DNA from: the human T2T-CHM13v2.0 reference genome, Homo sapiens
Direction: 5' to 3'
Assembly (NCBI GenBank): GCA_009914755.4
Contig: CP068257.2
Span: 43,680,001 to 43,744,000 of the forward strand
Length of the DNA: 64,000 bases
In this document: positions 1-12,868 of the stretch, piece after piece
Position numbering within the stretch: position 1 is the first letter of the stretch
How the letters are laid out: each line of letters begins with the position of its first letter
Notes under the pieces: model-generated
Databases searched by the model: none
Seen by the model: the letters and a program-made list of their open reading frames with translations, nothing else
What the model was told of the DNA's origin: nothing
Made by a program: the position numbers and the translations under genes

Positions 1-510
1 GAAGCTATCCCATAACTGGGTATATACCCAAAGGAATATAAATTATTATAAAGATACATGCACACGTATGTTCACTGCAGCACTATTCACAATAGCAAAG
101 ACATGGAATCAACCCAAATGCCCATCAGTGATAGACTGGATAAAGAAAATGTGGTACATATAGACCATGGAATACTATGCAGCTATAAAAAGGAACGAGA
201 TCACGTCCTTTGCAGGGACATGGATGAAGCTGAAAGCCATTATCCTCTGCAAACTAACAAAGGAACAGAAAACCAAACACCGCATGTTCACTTATAAGTG
301 GGAGCTGAACAATGAAAACATACGGACACAGGGTGGAGAACAACACACACCAGGTCCTGTTGGGGGAGGGTGGGGGTGGAGAGCATTAGGGAAAAGAGCT
401 AATGTGTGCTGGGCTTCATACCTAGGTGATGGGTTGATAGGTGCGGCAAACCACCATGGGACATGTTTACCCATGTAACACACCTGCACATATACACCGG
501 AACTTAAAAA
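1..510 (+). mobile_element. LINE-1 (L1PA-like) 3' end: ORF2 C-terminal remnant plus 3'UTR
   Basis: Frame 2 reads ...IAKTWNQPKCPSVIDWIKKMWYI(stop)MEYYAAIKRNE..KTKHRMF, matching the conserved L1 ORF2 C-terminus. The typical L1 3'UTR follows (G-rich 'gttgggggagggtggggg', '..acctgcacat.. aacttaaaaa'). The frame is interrupted by a stop at ~164-166. Confidence 0.9.
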
Positions 511-3500
511 GATATTAGAGGAGAACACGGACCTTAGAATAGCAACTCTCCCAAACAAAGACGCAGCCCCACGTGGAGCAGAGGAGGAGAAGATAAAGTG
601 GACTGCAGCAGAAGCTAACACAACTTTATCACCAAAGACCCCAGAAACCAAGTCAGAAGGCCAGTGGTGGACATGGGAATGATAGATGCTAAAGAATGCT
701 CAGCTTATAGTAGCCAGAGAAAATCCTGGCAAAGGTGGAAAGTGTGAAGGCACCAGGCATCAGTGGCACGCGAGTGTGATCTCCGGAGGCGGGGGAGGTG
801 GGGGAGGCCGGGGCGTGAGGGGCTGTGGTTATCAAAGGGAACCGGCTCTCTTAGGGGGGCTCTTTTACTTTCTCTGTTACTCAGAGCAGGGACCAGCCAG
901 CTCTGTCGAGGCCTGGAAAGTAATGGATTTAAGCTTTGCGGCCACATGGTCCGTGCACCCACTCTGCTCTGTCCATGTTTTTCTTTGTATTTTTCTCCAA
1001 GCATTTAAACACGTGCAAACCATCCTTAGCCCAAATGCAGCCAAAAGCTCCTGTGGGTGGAGTTTACTGTCTTACGCCCGGGAGCGGCTCAAAGTGTGCC
1101 CCAACCAGCAGCCTGGGCACCCTTGGTGCTGTAGGAATGCAGGTGCCCTGGCCCACCCGGACCCTGGTGTGGGGGGGGGGCCCACCCAGGCCTCTAAGAA
1201 GCCGTCTAAGGGTGCCGCCCAGGTCTTTGAGAAGGGCAGCCTTGGCCAAATGGTCATACCTGTACACGGGCCGGGCCGCACGACTTCTTTAGAGCTGGGG
1301 CCAATGGAAGCCCCCTGAGTGCTCCTCAACAGGGGCCTGGAACCCCGGCTCTTGTTAAAATGCAGATTCTGACTCAGCAGGTCTGGGCTGGAGCCTGGGA
1401 CTCTGCATTTCTACCCAGCGCCCAGGGGTGCCCAGGCTGCTTCTGGGACCTCACTTCCTGGCCGTGGTACCTTCACAGCACCAGCCACTAGCGTGGAACT
1501 TGCACTGCAGCTTCCGACAGCTGCAGAAATGGGCATGTAGGTGGGGTGGGGGCTGGGACCTGAGCTTGTTGTCTGTCCCTCCCTTTCTCACTGGGGCATT
1601 GAGGACACACATGAAAGAGGCGAGGGGGCGAGAAACAATGCTGGCATCTCCATCCTGGGAAGAGGCTGGGAAGAGTGACTCAGTCACAAAAAATAAACAA
1701 CACCAGCTTTTGTCTTAGAAATTCACCCTGTTTGACTTCATGGATTCCCATCGGTCTGCAAGGACCCGGGTTAGCCTGGGATCCTCTTCTGTGGCTTTGG
1801 TGAGCAGATCCCCACTCCGCCTCCTCTTAGGACGCCTAGTCCTGCCGTGATTGGCCTTGGGGGCCCGGGGGTGACCTCAAGTGTCCCCAGCCAGGCCGCC
1901 CACCCCAATCTCAAGAAGAAACAGGGTGGGAGGAAGCAGGGCAATCTCAGCACCCATGGCAGAGGAGGCCACGGTGGAGGAGGCCACGCCTGGCTCAGCC
2001 TGGAGTTGGGGACGTGAGGAGGGGCTGAGACGGTCACCCCAAGACCCCCACTTCAGGCCAGCTCAGAGGGTCCAGGGTGGGGGTACTTGGGAGAAGGCTT
2101 GTGAGGGGGTCCCTGTGGCCTTCAGGGAATCCCACCCCATTTGGATGTTACCTCCAGGCTGGTCCTAGGGGCTGGGCACCCACAGGCCAGAGGCCAAGGA
2201 ACCAGGAAGTGCCCCCCGACATGCGCTTGGGGAGCCCCAAGCTCCTCCACTCATGAAAAATCGAACCCCCCCACCACCTCCAGGTCAGTCACCGTCTCCA
2301 GGACGTGGGTGGCTGCCCCCACTCCTCTGGCCCCCACTTCTCTGGCTGAGAAACTCCACGTGCACCACCCCAGGGGCTTCAGGCTCCTCCAGAGGGGCTC
2401 CATTCCCCTTCCTGCCCCGTCCCCTGATGTTCCTTCCCCACCAAGCCCTGGGCCATCTTCCCACAGCCTGGGACTAGCCTTCTGGTCACCTGCAGTGGCT
2501 GCCAGGTGGGCTGGGGTGGGGGCTGTCCCTGGGTGCCCAGGCCTCTCGGGGACCCCTGCATGCACTGGGCATGACATGGAGGGTGCCTTTCCCCACCCAG
2601 GGCCCAATGAACCTGGAGGTCACAGCCCCGACCCCGGCCCAGCTCCAGGGTGAGGCCGGGCCCCTCTGGAGCCCCACTCTGGCCTCCTCTCCTGCCCCCA
2701 CCCCCATCCTGCCCCTTCCTGCCCTGGCCCTGTGTCTATCTGCTCTGCAGGCCGTGCTCTGGGAGCCTTGAGGCCCTGCGTCCACCCCCTGGCAGTTCTT
2801 CTAGGCTGGGCTCCAGGATTGGGGCCTGTTACCTGGAGGTGGACTGGCCTCCCTGCTGTCAGGCAGGGCCATTGGGATGGGCGTGGTCACAACTGCTGCA
2901 GACCTGGGTCTGGGAGGACAAGCGCCTTCCTTCCCAGCGGCGAGGTTTTCCATGACTCACTTCAGAGCCAGGCCAAGGTCAAAGGGCACCGGACGCCGGT
3001 CCCTCCTCAGGCAGAGGGAGACAGGAAGGGACACCCAGGCCCCAAGGGGGAAGGGCTGCTGCAGTCGGGACAGGGAGCATGTGTGAGCGTGAGTGAGGGC
3101 GTGAGGCCTGTGTGCAGGCAGCAGGTCAGGTGGACAGGCCGGAGGAATGGCCCTGACTCCACAGGGACCCCACCAGACAGCTGATTGGCAATGCCGAGAG
3201 ATGCTGTGCTGCTGGTCCTTCCTGCAGGGTCGTGGAGGAGCTCGGCCACTTGTGAAGCTGGACGGGAGAGGACAGTGGTGGCAGCCAGACCGGACTCACA
3301 TGTATTCCATCAACACAGTTGAAATGTTTTATGACCGCATGGCAGTATGTTCGGGTGAGGGTCCTGTATGTTTTACACGACACATGTTTAAACGGCATTC
3401 TGTGAGCCCAGAGGCTTTGCCTGCCGGCCAGCAAGGTGCAGTAGAAAAGGTTGAGGGTCCTAGTCTGGTCCCGTGTGGGCACTGCCTGACCAGGTGGGGT

Positions 3501-5047
3501 CAGCACCAGGATGAGAGCCCCAGCCTGCACCTGCCAGCCGCGGTGCCACGTCCTTCCTCCACTTCCCTTCCCGCAGCCCTGGGAAACCCCAGCCCAGTGG
3601 GCTGGCAGGAAGGAGGCCGGTGTGCATGTGCCTGACTGGCCCCTGGTTGGCGCCAGGCACTCTCTGCAGGACCCTGGCGCCAGCCCGTCGGAAGACAAAG
3701 CCTGGAGGCTATTCTTGGAGCATGTGTCACAACCCCAGGAGCGCCTTATAAGGCTCTGTCCAGGCTCAAGATGCTCTCTGAGCGCCAGGGTCTGCCCTGA
3801 CAATGGCCTGCAGCTGGACGTGGGGCCACACGGCCACCTGGCTGCTCCTGGCCCGTTTCGCCCTGGGGTCCAGACTCCCTCCTGTTTCCTGTGAGTCTCC
3901 CCTAAGATTTGAAGGAATTTGACCAACACCTTGGCCTGGGGGGACCTGGGAGAGAAGAGGGGGATGGAGCTCAGAGCTGGCCCTCGGCAGCCTTACATGG
4001 TGATCGTCTGGTCCCGCTAAGCCGCGCCTTGGAGGCTCTGCTGTGGGAGCCTAGCAAGTGTTTATTTTTAGAAGCTCTTACTCCAACACCAGGGCTGGGC
4101 CCAAATAACACATGTATTTTAGTGGTTCAAAAATACAAGTTTATGGTAAGTCATTCGATGTGGAGAAAGTGCCAAACCAGTGAGTGCAGTGAGAGGTTTC
4201 CTGGGGCCACGGGCCTCCTCCTGCAGGTGGCCCAGGTGCACTTGACTAGCTGGAGCGTGTGGCTATAATCCCAGGAAATGTATCCCTCCTCTCGGAGGGA
4301 CTCGGGCTCAGGAGCACACACTGAAGATGGGAGGCCAGGACCCAGAGTGTGACCGTCCTGGCCCTAGGAGGGCAGGGCAGCCTTTGGTTTGCTATCAGAG
4401 CCTCGAGGCCTGGCACTGAGCCCGGCGTCCCCTGGAGCTCCCTGCTGCATTGGATCAGCAGCTGGCAGACAGGTGGGCCAGCGGGCCGAGTTTTCCCCAG
4501 GACTGGGTGAAGGAGGCATTGCTAGGAAGTCCCCAGATGCAGCAGGCACCCAGAACAGCCGGCCCTCCCTGTCCTGGGAGAGGCATCTACCCCACTGGAG
4601 GCTGAGCCCTCGCCCCACCACCGTGGCCCCTGCTCCACATCACCATCACCAGTGGCTTGTTAGAGATGCGGATGGACCCTCAGTCCCCATCACACGGGTG
4701 GTGGATCTCATAAAACCTCCCAGACCAGGCTCTGCAGCTGCGGGGCTCAGCTGGTGGCTCTCGCTCAGGGACTCCTGAAGGGCACCCAAGTGGCTCAGCG
4801 CAGGGAGGGCAGGAAGGGCAGGCGGCTGGGGTGGGGCTCAGCTTGGGCTGTTGGCTGAGGCCACCCCACGTGGCCACACTGGGGCTTTGCAGAGCCGGCA
4901 GCAGCTGGGATCCGAGGGGGAGCATCCCCAGAGACCCAGGCGGGTGCTGCCAGGCCCCTTAAGATGTAACCCTGGGAACCCCAGAAAGTCTGTCTCACTT
5001 CTGCTGGTTGAGCAAGTCAGATTTGAGGAGACGGGACTCAGACGCCG

Positions 5048-5350
5048 TGTGTGGGTGGGGAGTCATGGCCCCCTGGTGTGTGGATGGGGAGTCATGGCCC
5101 CCTCGTGTGTGGGTGGGGGCTCAGGGTCCCCTCGTGTGTGGGTGGGGGTCAGGGTCCCCTCGTGTGCATCCTGGGGTCAGGGTCCCCTCGTGTGTGGGTG
5201 GGGGTCAGGGTCCCCTCGTGTGCATCCTGGGGTCAGGGTCCCCTCATGTGTGGGTGGGGATCAAGGTCCCCTCATGTGTACGTGGGGGGTCAGGGTCCCC
5301 TCATGTGCATCCTGGGGTCAGGGTCCTCTCGTGTGCATCCTGGGGTTGCA
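5048..5350. repeat. Minisatellite, ~28-33 bp unit (gtgtgtgggtgggggtcagggtcccctc), ~10 copies
   Basis: Direct tandem repetition visible in the sequence. The ORFs 4851-5540, 5008-5376 and 5051-5611 are its translations. Confidence 0.85.
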
Positions 5351-5841
5351 CCTCCAGAACCCACATCTGCACTTAGTCAGATTCTGGCTTCTCTGTGGCT
5401 CATTGAAGGGGGAGAAGTCGGGGGGCTGGTTTCGGGGGAAGCTCACGCCCCTGCTGAGCCTCAGGCGGTGGCCAAGGTCCTGCCCACAGGCCAGCCGGGG
5501 AGCGGGCAGGCGGACCAGGGGTCAGCAAACTGCTCTGTAATGAGCCAGAGAATGAATATTTTAGGCTTTTTTTGGCCAGTCACAACTCAACTCTGCCACT
5601 GTGGATTCTAACCTCATGGCATCTGTGTCACACAAGGCGATGTCTGCCGATTCCTGAGGTTAGGACGGAGACACCCTAGGGGGCCTGGTTCAGCCACCAC
5701 AGCCACCTCCAAATAACGCTCTGGGGTAGCGGGGGCTGGACGACGGAGCCTCCCATCCCCCTCCCGCCCCATAACGACATCACTGTCCCATTACTTATCC
5801 CCACGCCATGACCACCCAGCACAATTAGGAATCGGAAAACG

Positions 5842-6125
<284 letters not shown>

Positions 6126-8374
6126 CTCCCCGCCCCCCAAAAAGGGTAAGAAAGCAGAAGGCTCTCTCTGTCCTTCCTTTCCCCTTCTCTGACACTCCTC
6201 CTTGCTGTGGACCTGAGTTTCTGACCTGTCCCATGCCGGCAGCCCCAACAAGGCGGCCAGACCTCAGCCCCAGCCTGGCTCTGAGAGCCACACTTCCTAG
6301 CGGGCAAGGAGGGCTGTTGGCCGAGGCAGGCTGGCTCCTGGGACAGAGGGTCTCCTGGGACGGCCCCTTCCTGCACCTGCCTACCCCATCCTGCACGCTC
6401 TTCCCTCTACGGCTTCTGAAGAGCTAGATCTGGGGTATGTCTGGTGTAAACAGGATAGAGTTGGGTTTTGCTGGGTGAGCCCATACAGCCACTTTTATCT
6501 TCACGGGTGAGTGGAAGCTGACGGGGCCACACCAGCTCAGCCGCGCTGTTCTGTTTACTGTGGTCTCTCCCTGAATGGCCGCTTTGGCTTTTTGAATTCA
6601 TTTATGCAGATTTGTACGTTTCCTCACGGCTCATTTGTGCTCATATGTATGATATTTGTGCGTACACAACACCCACCTCCTCTTCCTCACGTGGGTTCTC
6701 CTGTCCCAGCCCCGCCCTCCTCTTCCTCGCGTGGGTTCTGCCCTCCCGGTCCCGCCCCTCCTCCCCCTGCTCCGTGTTTAGTCCTCAGGTCAAGGTCACG
6801 GACCAGACCCTGTCCCCTGAACCCACCCTCCCCTCAGGCAGGGACTGGACTCTTCGGATCTCTGTGTGGTGCTCTCTGCTCATGGCAGTCCCTCTGATGC
6901 CACCTCTGGGCTGGCCGAGCCTCACAGCATCTGGCGGTGCCCCAGGATGGAGTCGGGGGCAGGGCCCGAGTTCCCCCTTGCTGAGCTGTTTCCCAATCCC
7001 TGAGGCGTTCAGGACAGCGTGGGGGGAAAGCCACGCCCACCGTCTCGCCTCCACCCAGGTCCTGTCCTGCACGGGGCTCTCGGGAGGCCTCAGCATTCTC
7101 CTTGAAGATGCCCAAACTTTACCAACCCCTGTGCCCAGCCCTGGCCCACACCCACGGAAGCAGGGAACTGACCCCATCCCAGCCAGAGCGGGTACTCCAG
7201 GCGGGCCCAGAACCTGGAGCTGGTGCCACCAAACTCGCATGAAGAGTCTGGCTGTCTGTCAGGAGGAGGCGTCTGGGCGCCCCCTGATGCCAGGACGGCT
7301 CTGCCCATTGTCTGCGTCCCTGACTCGAGAGCTTGAGCCCGGGGTGGGCCTCCAGAGGCTGGTGCTCTGTGCCAGCCATACGGGCACCCATGTAGCTGCC
7401 CCTCTGTCTTCTTGCCAAGCTCGGGACCCTCCCCACCTGGGACAAAGTCACCTCCAACCTCTGCGCTTCACTCATCAAAATCACCTCTGCTTAATAAACC
7501 TTGAAGGTCTCAGGTGCTGCCGGCATGGGAGGCTCCTGCCTGCAGGCCTGGGGCCAGGCCCTGGAAAGCGCTTAGGGAGGGCTGGGCTGGCAGCTGCACA
7601 AGGGCAGCCTCGTGAGATGCTGGTCAAGCAGAAAATCCCCAGGGATGTGAGCTGGTTTTTTGTGGGAACTCTGAAAGTGAAAACATCAACTCCCCGAACT
7701 GGGAGGCCACCAGCCCCAGAGGGCCCTCCCCAAGCCCCCGCGGGGTCCCAGCCAGGGCCATGGATGTGGGCAGGCCTACAGCTCACTGGCCAGCTCCCCT
7801 CTGCTTCCTCCCGGGCCACAGCATTCCTGGGGCCACCAGGGTCTCATTGTCCCTCACCTGGCCAGGGTCTCCGTGCCCCTCACCTCCTCTTTGCTGGAAC
7901 ATTCCACACATTCCTTCCCCCGACAGGGCAGGGTTCCTGGGCTGAGGCTGGGGCAGGTGTGCTGGGCCTGGAGCTCTCCCTAAGGTCTCCAGCTGATGTG
8001 GGCTCCTGGGATCTGCACCGTCTCCCCTGGGCCACCCTCGCTGGGCTCATCCTAAAGAAGCCTCCTCCGCCTGCCCCTCCTCCCTCCCAACCCTCAGCCT
8101 CCCCACCCCCCGGCACCCACCATGAGCTGAGCCTGCTGTGAGGAGGGGGGCAGCCCCAGGACCCCACACAGGTGGGGCTCAGCAGCTTCCAGTGAGAAAC
8201 CCATGCAAACTGCCTGGGGAGTTCCGGCAGCGATGGGAGAAGGCACTGTCCTACCCAGGGGGCTGAGAAGGCTGAGCCTTGAATGAATGGCAGTGAGCAG
8301 ACATCAGTGGAGGTGGACAGGACACTGAGGACAGAGTCACCCTCCCAGGGAGTCAGAAATGAGGGGTGCAGGGG

Positions 8375-8895
8375 AGTGGGAGGGAGGTGAGGGGGTGGGG
8401 GTGGGAGGGAGGTGAGGGGGTGGGGATGGGAGGGAGGTGAGGGGGGTGAGAGGGAGGTGAGGGGGGTGGGGGTGAGAGGGAGGTGAGGGTGGGGGCAGGA
8501 GGGAGGTGAGGGGCGTGGTGGTGGGAGGGAGGTGAGGGGGGTGAGAGGGAGGTGAGAGGGTGGGGGCAGGAGGGAGGTGAGAGGGTGGGGGCAGGAGGGA
8601 GGTGAGGGGGGTGGGGGCGGGAGGGAGGTGAGGGGGTGGGGGTGGGAGGGAGGTGAGGGGATCAGTGTGGGAGGGAGGTGACAGGGTGGGAGGGAGGTGA
8701 GGGGGTGGGGGTGGGAGGGAGGTGAGGGGCGTGGTGGTGGGAGGGAGGTGAGGGGGGTGAGAGGGAGGTGAGAGGGTGGGGGCAGGAGGGAGGTGAGGGG
8801 GTGGGGGTGGGAGGGAGGTGAGAGGGTGGGGGCAGGAGGGAGGTGAGGGGGTGGGGGTGGGAGGGAGGTGAGGGGGTAGGGTGGGGTGAAGGATG
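8375..8895. repeat. G-rich minisatellite (gggagggaggtgagggggtgggggt, period ~25-39 bp, ~15 copies)
   Basis: Tandem array. It explains the proline-rich minus-strand ORFs 7880-9346 and 8662-9216. Confidence 0.9.
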
Positions 8896-10451
8896 TGGAG
8901 GGGTCTCCTGGGCTCTGGCCTGAGCTAGGAAGGGGCAGGGCTGGGTCAGGAAGCTGGGTCTGGGCGCTGTGGTGCATCCTGGGTGACTGTGGGACGCTGG
9001 AAGAGGAAGAGTTCCCGCATTTGCGTCTGGGTTGGGACTGTCTAGGCGAAAGCTCAGTGTGAATTGTCTGCTGTGTTCCCGGTGTCCAAGGCCCCCAGGG
9101 GCTGGGTGAGTCCCAAGAGGGATGTAGGCCGAGCAGAGTTGGGCACTGAACCCCCAGGCTCCCCTTGTTGACCACCCAGCCAGAAATTCCCAGGGCAGAA
9201 GGTGGGGTCTGCTCACCCATGGGGCAGGCGGTCTGGGGATGTCTGACGCCTGGGCCTCTGGCCAGCAGGATGTGGACAGAAGTGGCCGCTGGGTGGGGCT
9301 GAGTGCAGAGGGCAGTGCCCATCTGCAGCGTGGCTATGCGCCCCACAGAGTGTGGGCCTGAAGCGGGGAAAGGACCCCCCTCAACACCTCAGGCCGGCGG
9401 GTCCCATTCCAGCTGCCACCCGGACTCAGCCTGAGGCCTCCTCACCTGCACCAGCTTAACTCGGATCCCCAGCCACCACGGCACCATAGCGCCCGATTCC
9501 CATCCCGGTGCCCCTGCTTCGGGCTCACTCACATCCCAGAGAGTCGGTGCCAGCAGGGCAGGGGACAGATCACGTGGGGCTCCTGGGGGACGAACAGTCG
9601 TGGGAGGCAGGGCTGCAAGGAGCCTGTGCGGAGGGGCCTCGAGGCTGGGGTGCAGGGAAGACCCCAAGGAGGAACTGTGCGGGGAGGGGCGAGTGCCCTG
9701 CGGGTGGGGGACCCCTGCCCAGCGGGACAGCCCTGAGAAGCTGGGGCCCAGCGTGGCAGGCAGGCACATCCTTCCCACCCCAGCTTCCCCCATCGCCCAC
9801 GACACCCGTCCACACCTGTGGCCCAGCCACCTACACCCCGGCAAGTCCCACCGGCCTGTTCCACTGGGAAAACCCGCACACCCCCTTATCTGCAGGACAC
9901 TGGCGCCCAAGCTTGTGGGAGGCCTGAGCCGTGGGCAGAGTGGGGGAGGGAGGGAGCCACTGGTTCCCGGGAGAGCTTCCTCTCCCCAACCCCCACAACA
10001 GGTGGCAATACCTGATCCCCAGGAGAAGGTGCTTCCTTCTGCTACCCGGCCTCACTTTCCCACCCTGGGATTCCCGAGCAGCCTCAGTGAGCAGCAGACT
10101 CCAGGCTGGGTCCCCATGAAGCGGGGGACTGCTATGCCTGCAGCCCAGGAGCAAGGTGCACGGTGCACCCGGGGGTGTCTCCAACCTGGTTCTACCTGGC
10201 TCCACGGGCAACGGTCCCAGTGGGCTGTGGTCCCTCCACGAGCTGTGGTTCTGTGGGCTGTGGTTTCGTGGGCTGTGGTCCCTGTGGGCTGTGCTGTGGC
10301 TCTCATCTGCCCCCCAAGGGGCCTGGCTGGACCTCTGTCTCCTCTGACGCTGCACTTGTCTGTGTCTCGGCCTTGGCTGCCGCTCCCCTGCCATGCGGGC
10401 TCGTCCCACACGGCCCCTGCCTTGAAGACATCTTCACATGGAGTTGGCAAA

Positions 10452-10575
10452 GCCCCGGGAGGCTCTGGGCCCTTGTATCGGGGTTGGGGGCGTTAACCAG
10501 CCCCCCGGGAGGCTCTGGGCCCTTGTATCAGGGTTGGGGGGTTAACCAGCCCCCTGGGAGGCTCTGGGCCCACTC
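10452..10575. repeat. Tandem duplication, ~49 bp unit x ~2.4 (ccccgggaggctctgggcccttgtatcggggttgggggcgttaaccagc)
   Basis: Direct repeat seen in the sequence. Confidence 0.8.
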
Positions 10576-12729
10576 TGTTTCTAACTGAGTCAGAGCCAAG
10601 ATTAGAAAAGGCTGAAACCACCCCCTACAACCCAGGGCCCTGGCGCCTTTGCCAGCTGTTTCTAATCAGTCCGTGGTGTCAACCACATGGTGTTGCCCCA
10701 GGATCCCCGAAGCCAAGTCAGCCTTCACTGTGGAGGAGCAGGGCGGCCTTGAAAGGAGCTCTGTCCTCCATGGGGCCTCGGCCAGGAAGGCACAAAGGGG
10801 CTTTGTCCCCAGCCCAAGCCTGGAAGACCCTCCTCCAGCTGTGGCCCTCGGGACTGTCTGGCCGGCTCGTCCTTGGGGGTTGCATCTCCCCAGGCTGCAG
10901 CATGGGCCCCAGTCAGCCGCTGAGGTGCAGAGGATGAGAAATTCCACAGAAAAGCATGTACGGACACCTTGGGGAAGCTTCCGGAAGAATGCATGCAGGA
11001 GGCTAGCCACATGCCCAGGGTGGGACTCGGGTCCAGTTCCCTGCTCCTGCCCCCACAGCATCCTCAAAGCACTGAAACATGAGCGCATGGGCCGTGGGGA
11101 CGCACTGTCGGAGGTCACTGCCTGACCCGGTGCCCAGTGTCTGCCCTGGCCCGTACGGTCCCATCGATCTGCCCCAGACGTGCTGCAGCCGTGTGTTCAG
11201 GGCCCCAGGTCCCCCTAACTCCCGGGCTTGGCTTCCCCCGATACCACCCACGCTGGTCATCTCTTAGTCACCCTGACAATGGCCACTGCTCACAGGACAG
11301 TCCCACGCTCTGTGGCTGGGTGTGGAGGCCCCCACTGGCCCTTCCTGATACCTCTGCCCCCTCTTTTCTCCTCTCTCCCTCCTGTCCCACCCCTGGCTGC
11401 AGTTGACTCTAACATTTCACTGGCATTCACCCCGGCACAGCTCACAGGCTGCATTGCTACCTCTGGGCTTTGCTGCCTGGTGAGGTGTGGGCATCCTTCA
11501 AAGCCCAGTTCCCCAATCACCTCTTCCGGGAAGCCTCCCCTGACTGCCTGGGTGGCAATGACTCCTCCCCTTCTGTGTGCAATGGAAACAGGTGGCCTGA
11601 GGAGTCAAACGGTGCAAACCCTGCCCCACTCTGTTTGGGAAGCACCTGCTGTGTGGCAGGCGCTGCGCTTGGTGCTGGGGATAGACCATGGGGAAGAAAC
11701 ACACAGAACCTGCCCTGCTCTCAAGGAACAGGCCCTGGGGGCGGCCGGGGGCAGAGACCCAAGGCAGACACCCACACAGTGGCGTAATGACAGTGCTTAT
11801 GGTGGGGACCTGGCTGCACAGCAGGTCAGCAAGGGGATGTTCAGGTGACACTGGGGGCACGGAGACCCAGGGGAGAGTGGATTGACAGAGGGGACGCTGG
11901 GCAAATGTCCCGAGGCTGAGGTGGAGTTGCGGGAAGGAGGAGGCTGCCGGGCAGAGGCGCAGAGAGCTTTGCAGGTGTTGGCAGAGACCAGCAGGCCCTG
12001 CGAGGCCTGGGGTGTGTCCTCAGCTGGGAGGGCCATAGAAGGATCTGGGCTTGCAGATGCTGGTGCAGACTGGAGGCCTGGGGTGTGAGAGTCCAGGCGG
12101 GGCTCCTGCCAACACCCAGGGGAGTGGGCCTGGGCCAGGTGGACCGGGAGCTGGCACGGTGGTCAGGTGCTTGGAGGCTGCGTGCCACGCTGGGGACCTG
12201 GAGGTGTGTGAGGAGGTGTCTGTTGCTCCTGGGGCTGCCGCCTGCAGGGCTGGGTGTGCAGCAGTGCGGGGCAATGAAGTGGGCGGGTTCTGGGATGGTG
12301 GACGTTCCCTTTGTTGGGAACGTGTTGGTGCCAAGCTGCCATTTGAGTTTGGCTCTGAGGGGTCTGGGCAGGGGACACACAGGGAATCACACAGGATGGA
12401 GTGAGTTCCCAGGGACCCAGGGTGGCTTGGCCTGAGAACAGCTCCCACTCCCAGATGTGTGGGAAGCCCTCGGCACCAAGCCTCAGCCTCTCCATCTGTG
12501 AAATGGAGACAACGTCACTGGACTTGCAGGCTGTCCATGAGGGTGATGCGATCAGAAAGGGTGGAGTTCCTGAACGCCCCGGGGTCGGGGTCTCACAGCA
12601 GGAGCTTAGCTGGTGTCGGCATCTCCTGGACCCGTCCTCAGCTCCGAGCGCCCAGTCCTGCCACCTGTGTCCAAGTCTGCACTGTGCCCACGAGGCCCTC
12701 AAGGCCGCAGACAGCCCCACACTTCTCGG

Positions 12730-12868
12730 ACGCCGCCCCAGCACGGTCCTTGTGTGAGGTGGACACTCCTTCTGGACGCCGCCCCAGCACGGTCCTTGTG
12801 TGAGGTGGACACTCCTTCTGGACGCCGCCCCAGTACGGTCCTTGTGTGAGGTGGACACTCCTTCTAGG
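12730..12868. repeat. Tandem repeat, 46 bp unit x 3 (cgccgccccagcacggtccttgtgtgaggtggacactccttctgga)
   Basis: Three near-identical direct copies. Confidence 0.85.

Noticed and set aside
58-478. ORFs 58-297 and 167-478 as independent genes
   Set aside because: They are the L1 ORF2 C-terminus and read-through into the L1 3'UTR, part of a truncated retrotransposon copy.
6612-9346. Very long ORFs (509 aa on + at 6612-8141; 488 aa on - at 7880-9346) suggesting large proline-rich proteins
   Set aside because: They sit in GC-rich, stop-codon-poor sequence and over the G-rich minisatellite. They have no start context and no recognisable domain. Their composition, low-complexity P/S/G/H runs with no coding periodicity, indicates non-coding sequence.
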